From a bacterium (GTDB lineage Bacteria > Patescibacteriota > Dojkabacteria > GCA-016699595): DNA of 52,697 nucleotides. Position 1 is the first letter of the stretch, and the number at the start of each line of letters is the position of its first letter. The stretch covers positions 709,118-761,814 of the forward strand of contig CP064982.1 of NCBI GenBank assembly GCA_016699595.1, given 5' to 3'. Below, piece after piece: positions 23,174 through 31,881 of this stretch. Position numbers and translations under genes: made by a program. Under the pieces are notes generated by a model. It saw nothing but the letters and a program-made list of their open reading frames with translations. It did not search any database and had not been told where the DNA came from.

Positions 23174-23202
23174 ATAGTAGCACAGGAAGCAGTTTTTGTC
23201 AA
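23174..23202 (-). promoter_or_regulatory. Sigma70-type promoter for the 22359-23099 gene
   Basis: On the minus strand TTGACA-17-TACTAT with TGn extension. Confidence 0.7.
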
Positions 23203-23263
23203 GTATCCTGCTTTGACAAAGATATAGCTATCCAAAAGCTTGTACTTGTGCTAAAATGCTAGT

Positions 23264-25159
23264 GTGAAAAAAATGGTTCTTCTCTTTCACATTTATCAGC
23301 CACCATGGCAAGACGACAAAACTATACTTGAACATTATCACAAAGATTACTTGCCACTGCTTGATATAGTAGAAAAAGATAATTTGCATATAACTCTAAA
23401 TATTTCTGGCTCGCTTCTTGAGCATTTGGCACGACTTGGCAAGTTTGACTTTTCTGATAAGTTGGAAAAACTAGTACAAGTTGGAAATATAGAACTTACA
23501 AGCAGTGCTATGTATCACCCAATATTGCCACTGATTCCTGAGATTGAAGTCATTCGCCAAATACAACTAAATGAGGAAGTCAGCCTCAAGTACTTGCCAA
23601 CAGCATGGACATTGTCAAAGCTCAAAAAGCAGGGATTTTTTCTCCCTGAACTTGCATACTCAAAGGAAGCTGCAAATATCATCAAAAACCTTGGATATAG
23701 CTACATAGTTATCGACAGTTCAGGAATACACCAAGGTGAAGGTAATGAAAGTTTGAAGATAGATTATTCTCAAAAACTGCAAGAAAGAGAGCTGCAAATT
23801 GACTTGTTTGTCAACAACAGAAATCTAGAAATGTTCTCTGATTCTGAAGTTCAACAGTACGAATATCTAACGATTGTTAGCGATGGTGAAAATCAGGTCC
23901 AAAATGGAGAATTGGCAAAGATTCAGAAAGTTGTGAGTTATAAAAATGAAGTTCAAACTCTGACGGTAAAGGAGTACTTGGAAAATTTCCAAGCGACACA
24001 AATAGTTGAAGTAACAAATTCGACTTGGCAAATGACAAATGAAGAGAAGTTAGCGGGAAATTGTTTTGCAAATTGGGATGATTCACAAAATGAAGTCCAT
24101 AAGCAATTATGGCAATTCGTCAGTCAAATTAGAAATGTAGTTCGTGATAATGTGGATGATATGAATTATGAATTTGTCAGAGGAGAACTTGACAAAGCTA
24201 TTGCAAGCTGTACTTGGTGGTGGGCCGATGGCAGAATCTTGGGATATGTTCCCCAAGAGATTGAAAAGGGGCTGGGGGTTATGATAAATGTAATTCGAAG
24301 CTTGCAAAGTTTGAAACTCGAAACACAGTTAGAGTTTGAAAAAAAGTACGCAGAAATCAGTTATAAAATATGGGAGAAACATTGGACCGAAATCAAAGTT
24401 CCAACTAGCAAGAGAAATCTTCAACCCAAAAGCTCAATAGACTTGTTTTTTTTGCAGTACGATTTTGCAAAAAGACTCTCAGAAATTGCAGGCACTTCGA
24501 TTGTAGAAATGCTGCCCAAATGGACTCAGATATGGAACTACTTAGGTTGTCAAGGCACACAATACAATCCTGAGGATCCAGCTTGGGTTGAATTTTCGCA
24601 AAGTGTCGATATATTTGACAGAAATACTTTCCTCAAAGCTTTTTTCGATAAATATTCTTCGCAAGATTTGTTTCCGTATAATTTTGAATTTGGCTGTTTC
24701 TCATACAAGACATGGTATGACGCAAATGGAATAGAAAATGCAAAGCTCCATTTTCTCAACAATGATGCAAATGACGGTAGGGGACCACTACATCTTTCCA
24801 AGTTACCATTGAGGAAAATGGAATTAAGAAAACTTTTTAGGGTTCTGAAAATTCGACATCCGCATTGCAAAATAGTAAATGGCGAGTCTTGGCTATATAA
24901 TTTAGAAAACTATAGGGCACTTTTTCCTGTTCAATATTTAGATACTGCCAAAGCGACAGATAGCCCTCATTATCATGCATCGATCTGGTGGCAATTACAA
25001 GATGCAAAAGGTAACTTAAAAACTAGTATGGCTAATGAATTTCGAAGCAAGATGTCCAATATGGAAACTATTGAGGATGCTGAAAATATCTGGAAGTACA
25101 AGATATTGAAGTTAGAGGGAGATACAAAGTGTTTTTACGAGTTTTATGATATATCATGA
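23264..25159 (+). CDS. GH57-family glycoside hydrolase fused to an uncharacterised C-terminal domain
   Basis: HIYQP, LNISGSLLE, YHPILPLIP, GFFLPE (nucleophile), IVSDGE (acid/base) and SCTWWW. About 245 extra C-terminal residues. Confidence 0.85.
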   Translation: MKKMVLLFHIYQPPWQDDKTILEHYHKDYLPLLDIVEKDNLHITLNISGSLLEHLARLGKFDFSDKLEKLVQVGNIELTSSAMYHPILPLIPEIEVIRQIQLNEEVSLKYLPTAWTLSKLKKQGFFLPELAYSKEAANIIKNLGYSYIVIDSSGIHQGEGNESLKIDYSQKLQERELQIDLFVNNRNLEMFSDSEVQQYEYLTIVSDGENQVQNGELAKIQKVVSYKNEVQTLTVKEYLENFQATQIVEVTNSTWQMTNEEKLAGNCFANWDDSQNEVHKQLWQFVSQIRNVVRDNVDDMNYEFVRGELDKAIASCTWWWADGRILGYVPQEIEKGLGVMINVIRSLQSLKLETQLEFEKKYAEISYKIWEKHWTEIKVPTSKRNLQPKSSIDLFFLQYDFAKRLSEIAGTSIVEMLPKWTQIWNYLGCQGTQYNPEDPAWVEFSQSVDIFDRNTFLKAFFDKYSSQDLFPYNFEFGCFSYKTWYDANGIENAKLHFLNNDANDGRGPLHLSKLPLRKMELRKLFRVLKIRHPHCKIVNGESWLYNLENYRALFPVQYLDTAKATDSPHYHASIWWQLQDAKGNLKTSMANEFRSKMSNMETIEDAENIWKYKILKLEGDTKCFYEFYDIS

Positions 25160-26004
25160 TAACTTTCAAAAGGGAAATACCAAAAACAATATTTTTTATT
25201 CATTTTGATTCGGGCAAGGATCTTTCGTTGATAACTTATTTAGCAATCAAGAGTGCAATAGAGGCAAATCAAGACTGTGAGGTAATACTCTATACTGACA
25301 ACAAAAGTTTGCCAGGAGACTGGGGAAGAGCTATAACAAAAATTCACAACCTGAAAGTTATGGATATCCCAAGTTTTGACAAAATTAGAAATGTAGAGTA
25401 TGCAAAGCTGAGTTTTGCTCACAAGGCAGATATACTTAGATTGCAAATACTGTATGCTACAGGTGGTATTTACCTTGATACAGATGTTATTTCAAATAGA
25501 CCATTTTTTGGGCTTATCGATGATTTGTTAGGAAGTCAAGCTAGTTCAATAATGAATAGTACGGTAATACTTGGAAAAGAAGAAGTTTATGGTAAGTTTG
25601 TAGGTTATGCAAATGCAGTTATGATTGCTTCTGCAGAGTCTACATTCTTGAATCGCTGGCTTGATGGGTTTGATAAAGACAAATCTCTTTGGAAAGGCTT
25701 AAGGTCAGAAGGGTATGACAAGTTTTATACGGAATTGTCAGTAAAGTACTCAAAGTTTCTAGGCTTTTTGTATCCAGAAGAAATAATTGAGGTTAGCAGA
25801 GGGTATTTTTACTACCCAAATTATACACCTGAAGAATTAAATCATTTTTTCCTAGAAGACTATGATGGAAGTTTTGACCGATGCTATGCCTTTCATTTAT
25901 GGGGCAATGCATCTAGTTATGATTATCTGAAAGATTTAACTAAAGAATCTATCAAAAGTAGCAATTCAAACTTTGCAAGTATCGTAAAAAGATACTTGGA
26001 CTAA
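25156..26004 (+). CDS. DXD glycosyltransferase (GT32 / Gly_transf_sug-like)
   Basis: IPKTIFF, HKADILRLQILY..GGIYLDTDV and AFHLW. Confidence 0.85.
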   Translation: MITFKREIPKTIFFIHFDSGKDLSLITYLAIKSAIEANQDCEVILYTDNKSLPGDWGRAITKIHNLKVMDIPSFDKIRNVEYAKLSFAHKADILRLQILYATGGIYLDTDVISNRPFFGLIDDLLGSQASSIMNSTVILGKEEVYGKFVGYANAVMIASAESTFLNRWLDGFDKDKSLWKGLRSEGYDKFYTELSVKYSKFLGFLYPEEIIEVSRGYFYYPNYTPEELNHFFLEDYDGSFDRCYAFHLWGNASSYDYLKDLTKESIKSSNSNFASIVKRYLD

Positions 26005-26011
26005 TAATTAT

Positions 26012-27172
26012 ATGAAAATTGGCATAATATCTTCACCCCGAGTATGCGTCCCACCAATCGGATACGGAGGTGCAGAAAGAGTAGTGTATTTTCTTATAAA
26101 AGGACTCCAAGAGCTGGGGCATGAAGTTACATTGTTTGGACCGAGAGACTCAAAAGTTGATTGTGAAGTAATTTCTGTCGCCGATACTATAAGTTATGCA
26201 ATGACCAATGAAGAGGAATCGAGATATAATCTGCAAACTAGCCAAGTTTTGCAGGAAATATCAAGTAAAGTTCAGGAAAATATAGGCAGGCTAGATATTA
26301 TAAATTCACATGAAGAACAATTTGACCTGTTGCCTTTTAAAGATTTTCCACATTTGCAAACATTACACAACCCTTTCTCGAATGGATTCAATACCGACAA
26401 ATACTACCAAGCAAAAGATGAAATCTTTTACAACTCAATTTCGCACAATCAACGCAGGGCGTTTCCAATACTAAACTATGTAGCAACAATTTACAATGGA
26501 TTAGATCCAGATGAGTTCCCAATAAATACTGACCCCAAGGATTACTTCGCATTCATAGGTAGGTTTAGTCCAGTGAAATCTCCAAACTTGGCAATTTGGT
26601 GGGCGATAAAAAATAATGTGCCAATAAAATTGGCAGGTAACTATAATTTTCAAGATAATGACTACTTCCATAATGAAGTTGAAGAACTACTTACAAGAAA
26701 TAATGTTGAATTTATCGGAGAAACTGATATGAAGATGAAGATAGATTTGCTTTCAAATGCTTTGGCAAACTTGCATTTCATCAAATTTCGGGAACCTTTT
26801 GGTTTGACCGTTCTTGAAGCTGGCTATATGGGTACTCCAACTTTAGCAATAAAAAGAGGTTCTATGGCAGAGTTGATTGAAGATGGGAGAACAGGCGTAT
26901 TGGTTGAAGATTTTGATGAAGCAATATTCAAACTGCAAGAAATCAAAGCAATTGACAGAGGTGTGGTAGCAACATCCTTTAGAAGAAAATTTAACTACAA
27001 GATAATGGCATCGCAATATGAACTTGTATACAAAAATGTGATTGATGCATTTAGTCAAGTCAACAAGAAGAGCTTGGAAGTACGAGATAGGCAAGCTTTT
27101 GCAAAAAGTTCTTCATCTTCTGTAGATAAACTATATCAAGAACTAATTAGGCAAATTGAATCAAGTGCATAA
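26012..27172 (+). CDS. GT4-family glycosyltransferase
   Basis: VPPIGYGGAERVV, TIYNGLD, FIGRFSPVK and EPFGLTVLEA...GTP. Confidence 0.9.
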   Translation: MKIGIISSPRVCVPPIGYGGAERVVYFLIKGLQELGHEVTLFGPRDSKVDCEVISVADTISYAMTNEEESRYNLQTSQVLQEISSKVQENIGRLDIINSHEEQFDLLPFKDFPHLQTLHNPFSNGFNTDKYYQAKDEIFYNSISHNQRRAFPILNYVATIYNGLDPDEFPINTDPKDYFAFIGRFSPVKSPNLAIWWAIKNNVPIKLAGNYNFQDNDYFHNEVEELLTRNNVEFIGETDMKMKIDLLSNALANLHFIKFREPFGLTVLEAGYMGTPTLAIKRGSMAELIEDGRTGVLVEDFDEAIFKLQEIKAIDRGVVATSFRRKFNYKIMASQYELVYKNVIDAFSQVNKKSLEVRDRQAFAKSSSSSVDKLYQELIRQIESSA

Positions 27173-28643
27173 TTTAAAGAAAATAAAAACCATAGCCCAG
27201 ATCACACCTGAAGTTTATCCATTTTCTAGAACAGGTGGATTGGCGTTTTCTAGTGCAGACATTTCAAATAACTTAGCAAAACTAGGTTATAATGTGAGTG
27301 TTTTCGCTCCATTTTGGGGAAGCACTGTCAAAAGGCTAGATTTAGATGAAAGAGAAGTGATCTTGAAAGATATTCAGCTTGAGCTTGATAATGAGACAAA
27401 GATTAAGTTTTCTTGCATCAAGCATAAAGTTGAAATTGACGAAGATAATTCTATAGAATATTATTTCATAGCACACTATGAGTTTTTTGGAAAGTATTCC
27501 CAAAACCTGTTTTATCATCCTGAGACGCACAAGAGAATGTACTTTTTCTCAAAAGCAACAGTAGAAGTAATTAAACTATTGAACCTAAACTTTGACATAG
27601 TCCATATCCATGACTGGATGGCGGGACTTGTTCCTCAAATTCTAAGAAAGGAGATTGCCAACCCTCCTAAAACATTACTCACAATACACAATGCTGCATA
27701 TCAAGGCGCGAACAATGTCAATCTACATAGGTTTGAAAAAGGATTTGGAAGGATTGTAAATAGATTACCGAATTTTAATGACAACGAGAGTTGGGATAAT
27801 GTGAACTTTCTTAAACAAGGTATAAAATTCTCTGATGCTGTAAATACTGTGAGTAATACTTATGCAAGAGAAGTGATTTCAGGCAAGTTTGGTGAAGGGC
27901 TTGCAGCGTTTATAAAAAGGAATAAAGTGCTGTATGGTATCAGAAATGGAATTGATTACAAGAAATATAATCCATCTCTACCTGGAAGCTTGTCATTTCG
28001 TTATGACAAAACCAATTTTTGGGAAAAACGAAGGAAAAACAAGAAACGATTGTTTCGAAAACTGCAAATACCAAAATCACATTTAAGCAAATTACTTGTA
28101 ATAACGACTCATAGGCTTTGTTACCAAAAGGGATTTGACTATATCTTTCAAGAGATAGAAAACTTGATGAAATTGCCTGTTTACATGATAGTGTTGGGAG
28201 ATGGTGATAATTATTACATTAACAAAGCTAGAGATTTGGATAAGAACTTTGAAAGATTCAAATTTATACATCCATTCTCAATAGAAATGGAAGAAAAGCT
28301 TATATCTAGTGCAGATGTAGTCATTTGTGCTTCAGTTTTTGAACCTTGTGGTCTTGCGCATATGAAGGCGATGAGGTATGGCACTATACCTGTTGCAAAT
28401 AGTGTTGGCGGGCTTGCTGATTCGATAGATAATTATGATCTACACTTAAAGACCGGAACAGGCTTTCTTTACGATGGTAATAATGGGGATAATTTGACCA
28501 ATACACTCAATACTGCATACAAGATATTTGATAATAGTAAGGATGAATGGAAGCTAATAGTCGAAAATGCAATGAGTGAGATATTTAGCTGGGAACTAAG
28601 CATAGAGGAATATATCCGTCTTTATGAAAAAATCTCAAAATAA
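27156..28643 (+). CDS. glgA: Glycogen/starch synthase (GT5)
   Basis: PFSRTGGL, HIHDW, TIHNAAYQG, NFLKQG, GIRNGID, RLCYQKG, FEPCGL, MRYGT.P and GGLADSI. Start (TTG/GTG) is uncertain. Confidence 0.9.
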   Translation: MNQVHNLKKIKTIAQITPEVYPFSRTGGLAFSSADISNNLAKLGYNVSVFAPFWGSTVKRLDLDEREVILKDIQLELDNETKIKFSCIKHKVEIDEDNSIEYYFIAHYEFFGKYSQNLFYHPETHKRMYFFSKATVEVIKLLNLNFDIVHIHDWMAGLVPQILRKEIANPPKTLLTIHNAAYQGANNVNLHRFEKGFGRIVNRLPNFNDNESWDNVNFLKQGIKFSDAVNTVSNTYAREVISGKFGEGLAAFIKRNKVLYGIRNGIDYKKYNPSLPGSLSFRYDKTNFWEKRRKNKKRLFRKLQIPKSHLSKLLVITTHRLCYQKGFDYIFQEIENLMKLPVYMIVLGDGDNYYINKARDLDKNFERFKFIHPFSIEMEEKLISSADVVICASVFEPCGLAHMKAMRYGTIPVANSVGGLADSIDNYDLHLKTGTGFLYDGNNGDNLTNTLNTAYKIFDNSKDEWKLIVENAMSEIFSWELSIEEYIRLYEKISK

Positions 28644-29322
28644 CGATGGTACCATTTTTTCTTTTGGTTGTTCTATAATCGGGTACAATCATCTCAATTT
28701 GACCATTCGCAAATTCCTCCATTCTACTTCTTAGTCTACCAGTTGTATCAAATGCTGCGATTCTTTTTGCTAAGTTAGGATCTCCCATAATGTCAAAGTT
28801 TGATCCCGTGATCAATAGGACCTTATGTTCATATACGTATTGTAATACTTTTGCTATCTGTCTCGTTTGTTCGTCTCCAAACGATCGATCTGACCCTGAT
28901 AACTCAGAGAACCAATCATCAACTAATACAATAGGGACTTCGTGGCTGTCAATAATCCATGCATTATTTGAAAACTTTATAAAATGTCTTCTTGAGACAA
29001 AACCCTCTGCACTTAAAGCGTTCTGTAAGCTTTCAATTAAGTGGCTTTTTCCAACTCCTGATTTGCCAAAAAGATTTAACCACAGAGGTAACTTAAATTG
29101 AAAAGGGTTTGAATATGGTGCCGAAGGTAGTATAATTTCTTTGTGATCTATTATATCGCTGAGTAATTTAGCGATGGTTTGGAGCGCTAAAGTTTGAGAT
29201 TCGGTTTGTGGAAAATAATCGCCGAAATACTTCTCAATGATACCTTCGAGTGGGTCTTGTTTAGCTTCGAGATGGATTAGTTCTGTATTTTGTGAATTAA
29301 TACTACCTGGTTTTGTTGTCAT
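28585..29322 (-). CDS. P-loop NTPase of DnaA/IstB/ZapE-like AAA+ type
   Basis: Walker A GKSGVGKS, Walker B IVLVDD, sensor-like LLITGSN and RLRSR. Confidence 0.7.
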   Translation of the reverse strand: MTTKPGSINSQNTELIHLEAKQDPLEGIIEKYFGDYFPQTESQTLALQTIAKLLSDIIDHKEIILPSAPYSNPFQFKLPLWLNLFGKSGVGKSHLIESLQNALSAEGFVSRRHFIKFSNNAWIIDSHEVPIVLVDDWFSELSGSDRSFGDEQTRQIAKVLQYVYEHKVLLITGSNFDIMGDPNLAKRIAAFDTTGRLRSRMEEFANGQIEMIVPDYRTTKRKNGTIVILRFFHKDGYIPLCLVPS

Positions 29323-29379
29323 GTATGGATTATATATATATGTATGTCAAGTTAAACAGACTTTTGGAAAAGATTTTAC

Positions 29380-29407
29380 TTGCAAAATCGTCATGACTTG
29401 GTATAAT
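29380..29407 (+). promoter_or_regulatory. Promoter of rpsA
   Basis: TTGCAA-16-TATAAT with TGn extension. Confidence 0.65.
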
Positions 29408-29483
29408 TGCAAAAGCAAAGTTTCTTTGCCACTCTTCTGCTATTCTTCAGAATAAATTCAAACAGTTGAGTCACCTTATTTTT

Positions 29484-30830
29484 ATGAATAATAATTTAGA
29501 TCCAAATTGGATCGAAGAAATTGAGAAATTCCCAACAGCTATAAAGAGGGATACTTTGATCAAGGGAGTAGTAACCGTTGTCGAACCCGGTAGGATACTT
29601 CTTGATGTCAACTATCGTTCAGAAGGTGAGATTTTGGGGCCGGAAATTTTTACTGAAGGATTTAGGGAATATCCTAAAGTAGGTGAAATTGTCCAAATTT
29701 ATGTTATGAATGATGGTGCGTATTCAGGCACACCTCGGCTTTCCATAAAAAAAACTGGAAATGTCAAAGTTTGGGAGAATCTTGAAAAAGCTAGAGAAAA
29801 CGGTACTGAAGTTACCGGTGTTGTGATAGAAGTAAATACTGGAGGATGTATGGTTGCTTTACCAGGAAACATCAAAGGATTTTTGCCTGCATCTCAATTA
29901 GATCAAGCAAGATTTGCTACTCTAAATACAAACAGAAATGATGGAATAAGTATGCAAGATAAAATTCTTGAAATTTTGAGGCCTCTCAAGGGTCAAAAAC
30001 TGAAACTCGGTCTTTTGGAAGCTGATCAAAAAAAGCAAAAAATTCTTCTCTCTGAAAAAATGTTGATGGAATCACATTCTGTTGGTTCGGATGATAGGAA
30101 TTCTTCTAGTGAAATGATTGATGCAGCAAGACTATCACAGCAGAAAACTATTCTTGAAAATTTCAAGGTAGGTGATGTTGTGGAAGCTACGGTAACTGGT
30201 TTTGCTCCTTTCGGTATTTTTGTAAATTCACAAGGTCTTGAAGGTTTGATCCATATATCTCAAATTTCATGGGAGAAAGTTGAAGATGTTTCAAATCTTT
30301 ATAAAATTGGTGACAAAATACAAGTTAAGGTTATAGCTATAGATCAAGCTACTGCAAGAGTTGGCTTCTCTGTCAAAATGTTGGAGAAGGATCCTTGGCA
30401 ATCAATAAAAGAAAAATATAATGTAGGGGATGTGATTGCAGGAAAAATTACGAAAGTAGTTCCTTATGGTGCATTTGTCAAAATTGAGGATGGTGTCAAT
30501 GGATTGATACATAATTCTGAAGTATCTGAAAGTTCAAGTGCAAAGGCAATTGATATTTTGCAAGATGGTCAAGATGTAAGTGCAATTATATTGCATATTT
30601 CTGTGCCAGATAGACAAATAGCACTTTCAATTCGCAATATGATGAAAAAAGAGGTGGAGCAAGTAGGTGCTGAAATTCAAGAAAATGCTAATGCAGACAG
30701 TGGAAACAGCAATATAGATAAATCAGAACTTATAAATAAAGATGAAGATAAGGATGTCAAACCAAAGGTAAGAAGATCAAAGAAGAAGTCGGAGACTGAG
30801 AATATCGACAATGTTGACAATAAGGAATAG
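29484..30830 (+). CDS. rpsA: 30S ribosomal protein S1 (4 S1 domains)
   Basis: GFLPASQL, APFGIFV..GLEGLIHISQISW and VPYGAFVKI.DGVNGLIHNSE. ATG 29484 is preferred over TTG 29466. Confidence 0.92.
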   Translation: MNNNLDPNWIEEIEKFPTAIKRDTLIKGVVTVVEPGRILLDVNYRSEGEILGPEIFTEGFREYPKVGEIVQIYVMNDGAYSGTPRLSIKKTGNVKVWENLEKARENGTEVTGVVIEVNTGGCMVALPGNIKGFLPASQLDQARFATLNTNRNDGISMQDKILEILRPLKGQKLKLGLLEADQKKQKILLSEKMLMESHSVGSDDRNSSSEMIDAARLSQQKTILENFKVGDVVEATVTGFAPFGIFVNSQGLEGLIHISQISWEKVEDVSNLYKIGDKIQVKVIAIDQATARVGFSVKMLEKDPWQSIKEKYNVGDVIAGKITKVVPYGAFVKIEDGVNGLIHNSEVSESSSAKAIDILQDGQDVSAIILHISVPDRQIALSIRNMMKKEVEQVGAEIQENANADSGNSNIDKSELINKDEDKDVKPKVRRSKKKSETENIDNVDNKE

Positions 30831-30842
30831 TTTTGGTATAAT
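30814..30842 (+). promoter_or_regulatory. Perfect-consensus sigma70 promoter embedded in the rpsA 3' end
   Basis: TTGACA (30814-30819)-17-TATAAT (30837-30842) with TGn extended -10. Confidence 0.85.
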
Positions 30843-30847
30843 ACATC

Positions 30848-30970
30848 ATCCTCAGTTTCATCCAGAGTCTGGTTGACAGAAATGCTACTGGATTCTCGGT
30901 GAAGTTGAGGATGGATGATTTTAGTGGGATGCGTTTGGGGCAGTGGCGCATCCCACTAAAGAAATTTTTT
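30848..30970 (+). ncRNA. Candidate structured small RNA or 5' leader (two hairpins), family unrecognised
   Basis: Starts at the predicted TSS. A 13-bp stem pairs 30848-60 with 30900-12 around an inner TCCAG/CTGGA stem. A perfect 14-bp stem pairs 30920-33 with 30947-60, then a T-rich tail. Confidence 0.5.
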
Positions 30971-31002
30971 ACTTTCTACAAATTTTTTAACTTCAAATTC
31001 TT

Positions 31003-31299
31003 ATGGATCAAATTCAAAACGAAACTCCAATTCAAAAAAGGTCATTTAGAGACATTTATAAAGATCTAATAAAAAGCAAGCAAAGAAAATCTTTTTTCAT
31101 AAATTTGTTTTATTTTCTTTTGACAACCATTATTTTTGTTGTTATAAATTTACTTTATTCCAAGGACTATATATGGTTTGTATATCCAATGTTAGCTGGA
31201 GGTATATCATTAGGAGTTCAGGCTGTAAGTACATTTGTACTTGGTGGTCGAACTGCTGATATATATGCCAATGAAGCTGAACTGCTTACCAATAAATGA
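31003..31299 (+). CDS. 2TM-domain small membrane protein
   Basis: FFINLFYF...VINL...YIWFVYPMLAGGISL matches the 2TM pattern. Confidence 0.7.
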   Translation: MDQIQNETPIQKRSFRDIYKDLIKSKQRKSFFINLFYFLLTTIIFVVINLLYSKDYIWFVYPMLAGGISLGVQAVSTFVLGGRTADIYANEAELLTNK

Positions 31300-31402
31300 T
31301 GTTTGTAGAAACTTTGTGCTTTAAGAAATTATTTTCAACCAACTTTTCTGCTTTTGACTAGTTTCATCTTTTCAAAAATTATTTACATTGATCAAAGTAA
31401 TT

Positions 31403-31822
31403 ATGCTTAGGATAAATCCCCACGTCAATTTTAATGGGCACTGCTTAGAAGCGTCTAATTTTTTAAAGCGGTTTTTGGCGGTGAATTTTCCAATATAATT
31501 TATACGAACGAAATTGACGGTCCTGAAATGTCTGTTGCTCTAGCTGAGAAGGAAAAATAATGCATGTAGTATTATCAATTGACAACGGTTTACTCATAGG
31601 TAATGATGTCCCCGAGCTTTGGGGTAAAGTAAATGAAAGAGAAAGTGTAAGTAAAATTGCAATAAATTTAGAAAGCAAAGAAGAGGCTGAAAGAATGTTT
31701 GATTTACTTTCCGAATGAGGTGAGATAGAAGTACCAATTGGAGATAGCTCTTGAAATTCGTGTTTTGGCATGTTTCAAGATAATATGGAATTGAGTGGAT
31801 TATTGAATATTTTAAAAGTTAA
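31403..31822 (+). pseudogene. VOC/PhnB (glyoxalase-like) pseudogene
   Basis: Reconstructed MLRINPHVNFNGHCLEASNF-(Y)KAVFGGEF...EKIMHVVL...LSE*GEIEVPIGDSS*NSCFGMFQD(K)YGIEWIIE. Three 1-bp deletions and two in-frame TGA codons (31716, 31752). Confidence 0.85.
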
Positions 31823-31881
31823 ACGAAATTAAATTTAATAACAATATTACTAAATATCTATAAATAATTTATAAAATAACT

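Noticed and set aside
30848-30912. SRP (4.5S) or 6S RNA identity for the post-rpsA hairpin
   Set aside because: There is no CAGG/GNRA/AGCA domain IV motif, and it is too short and lacks a clear central bubble for canonical 6S. It is kept as an unclassified candidate.
31463-31771. 102 aa minus-strand ORF
   Set aside because: It is the antisense shadow of the plus-strand PhnB pseudogene.
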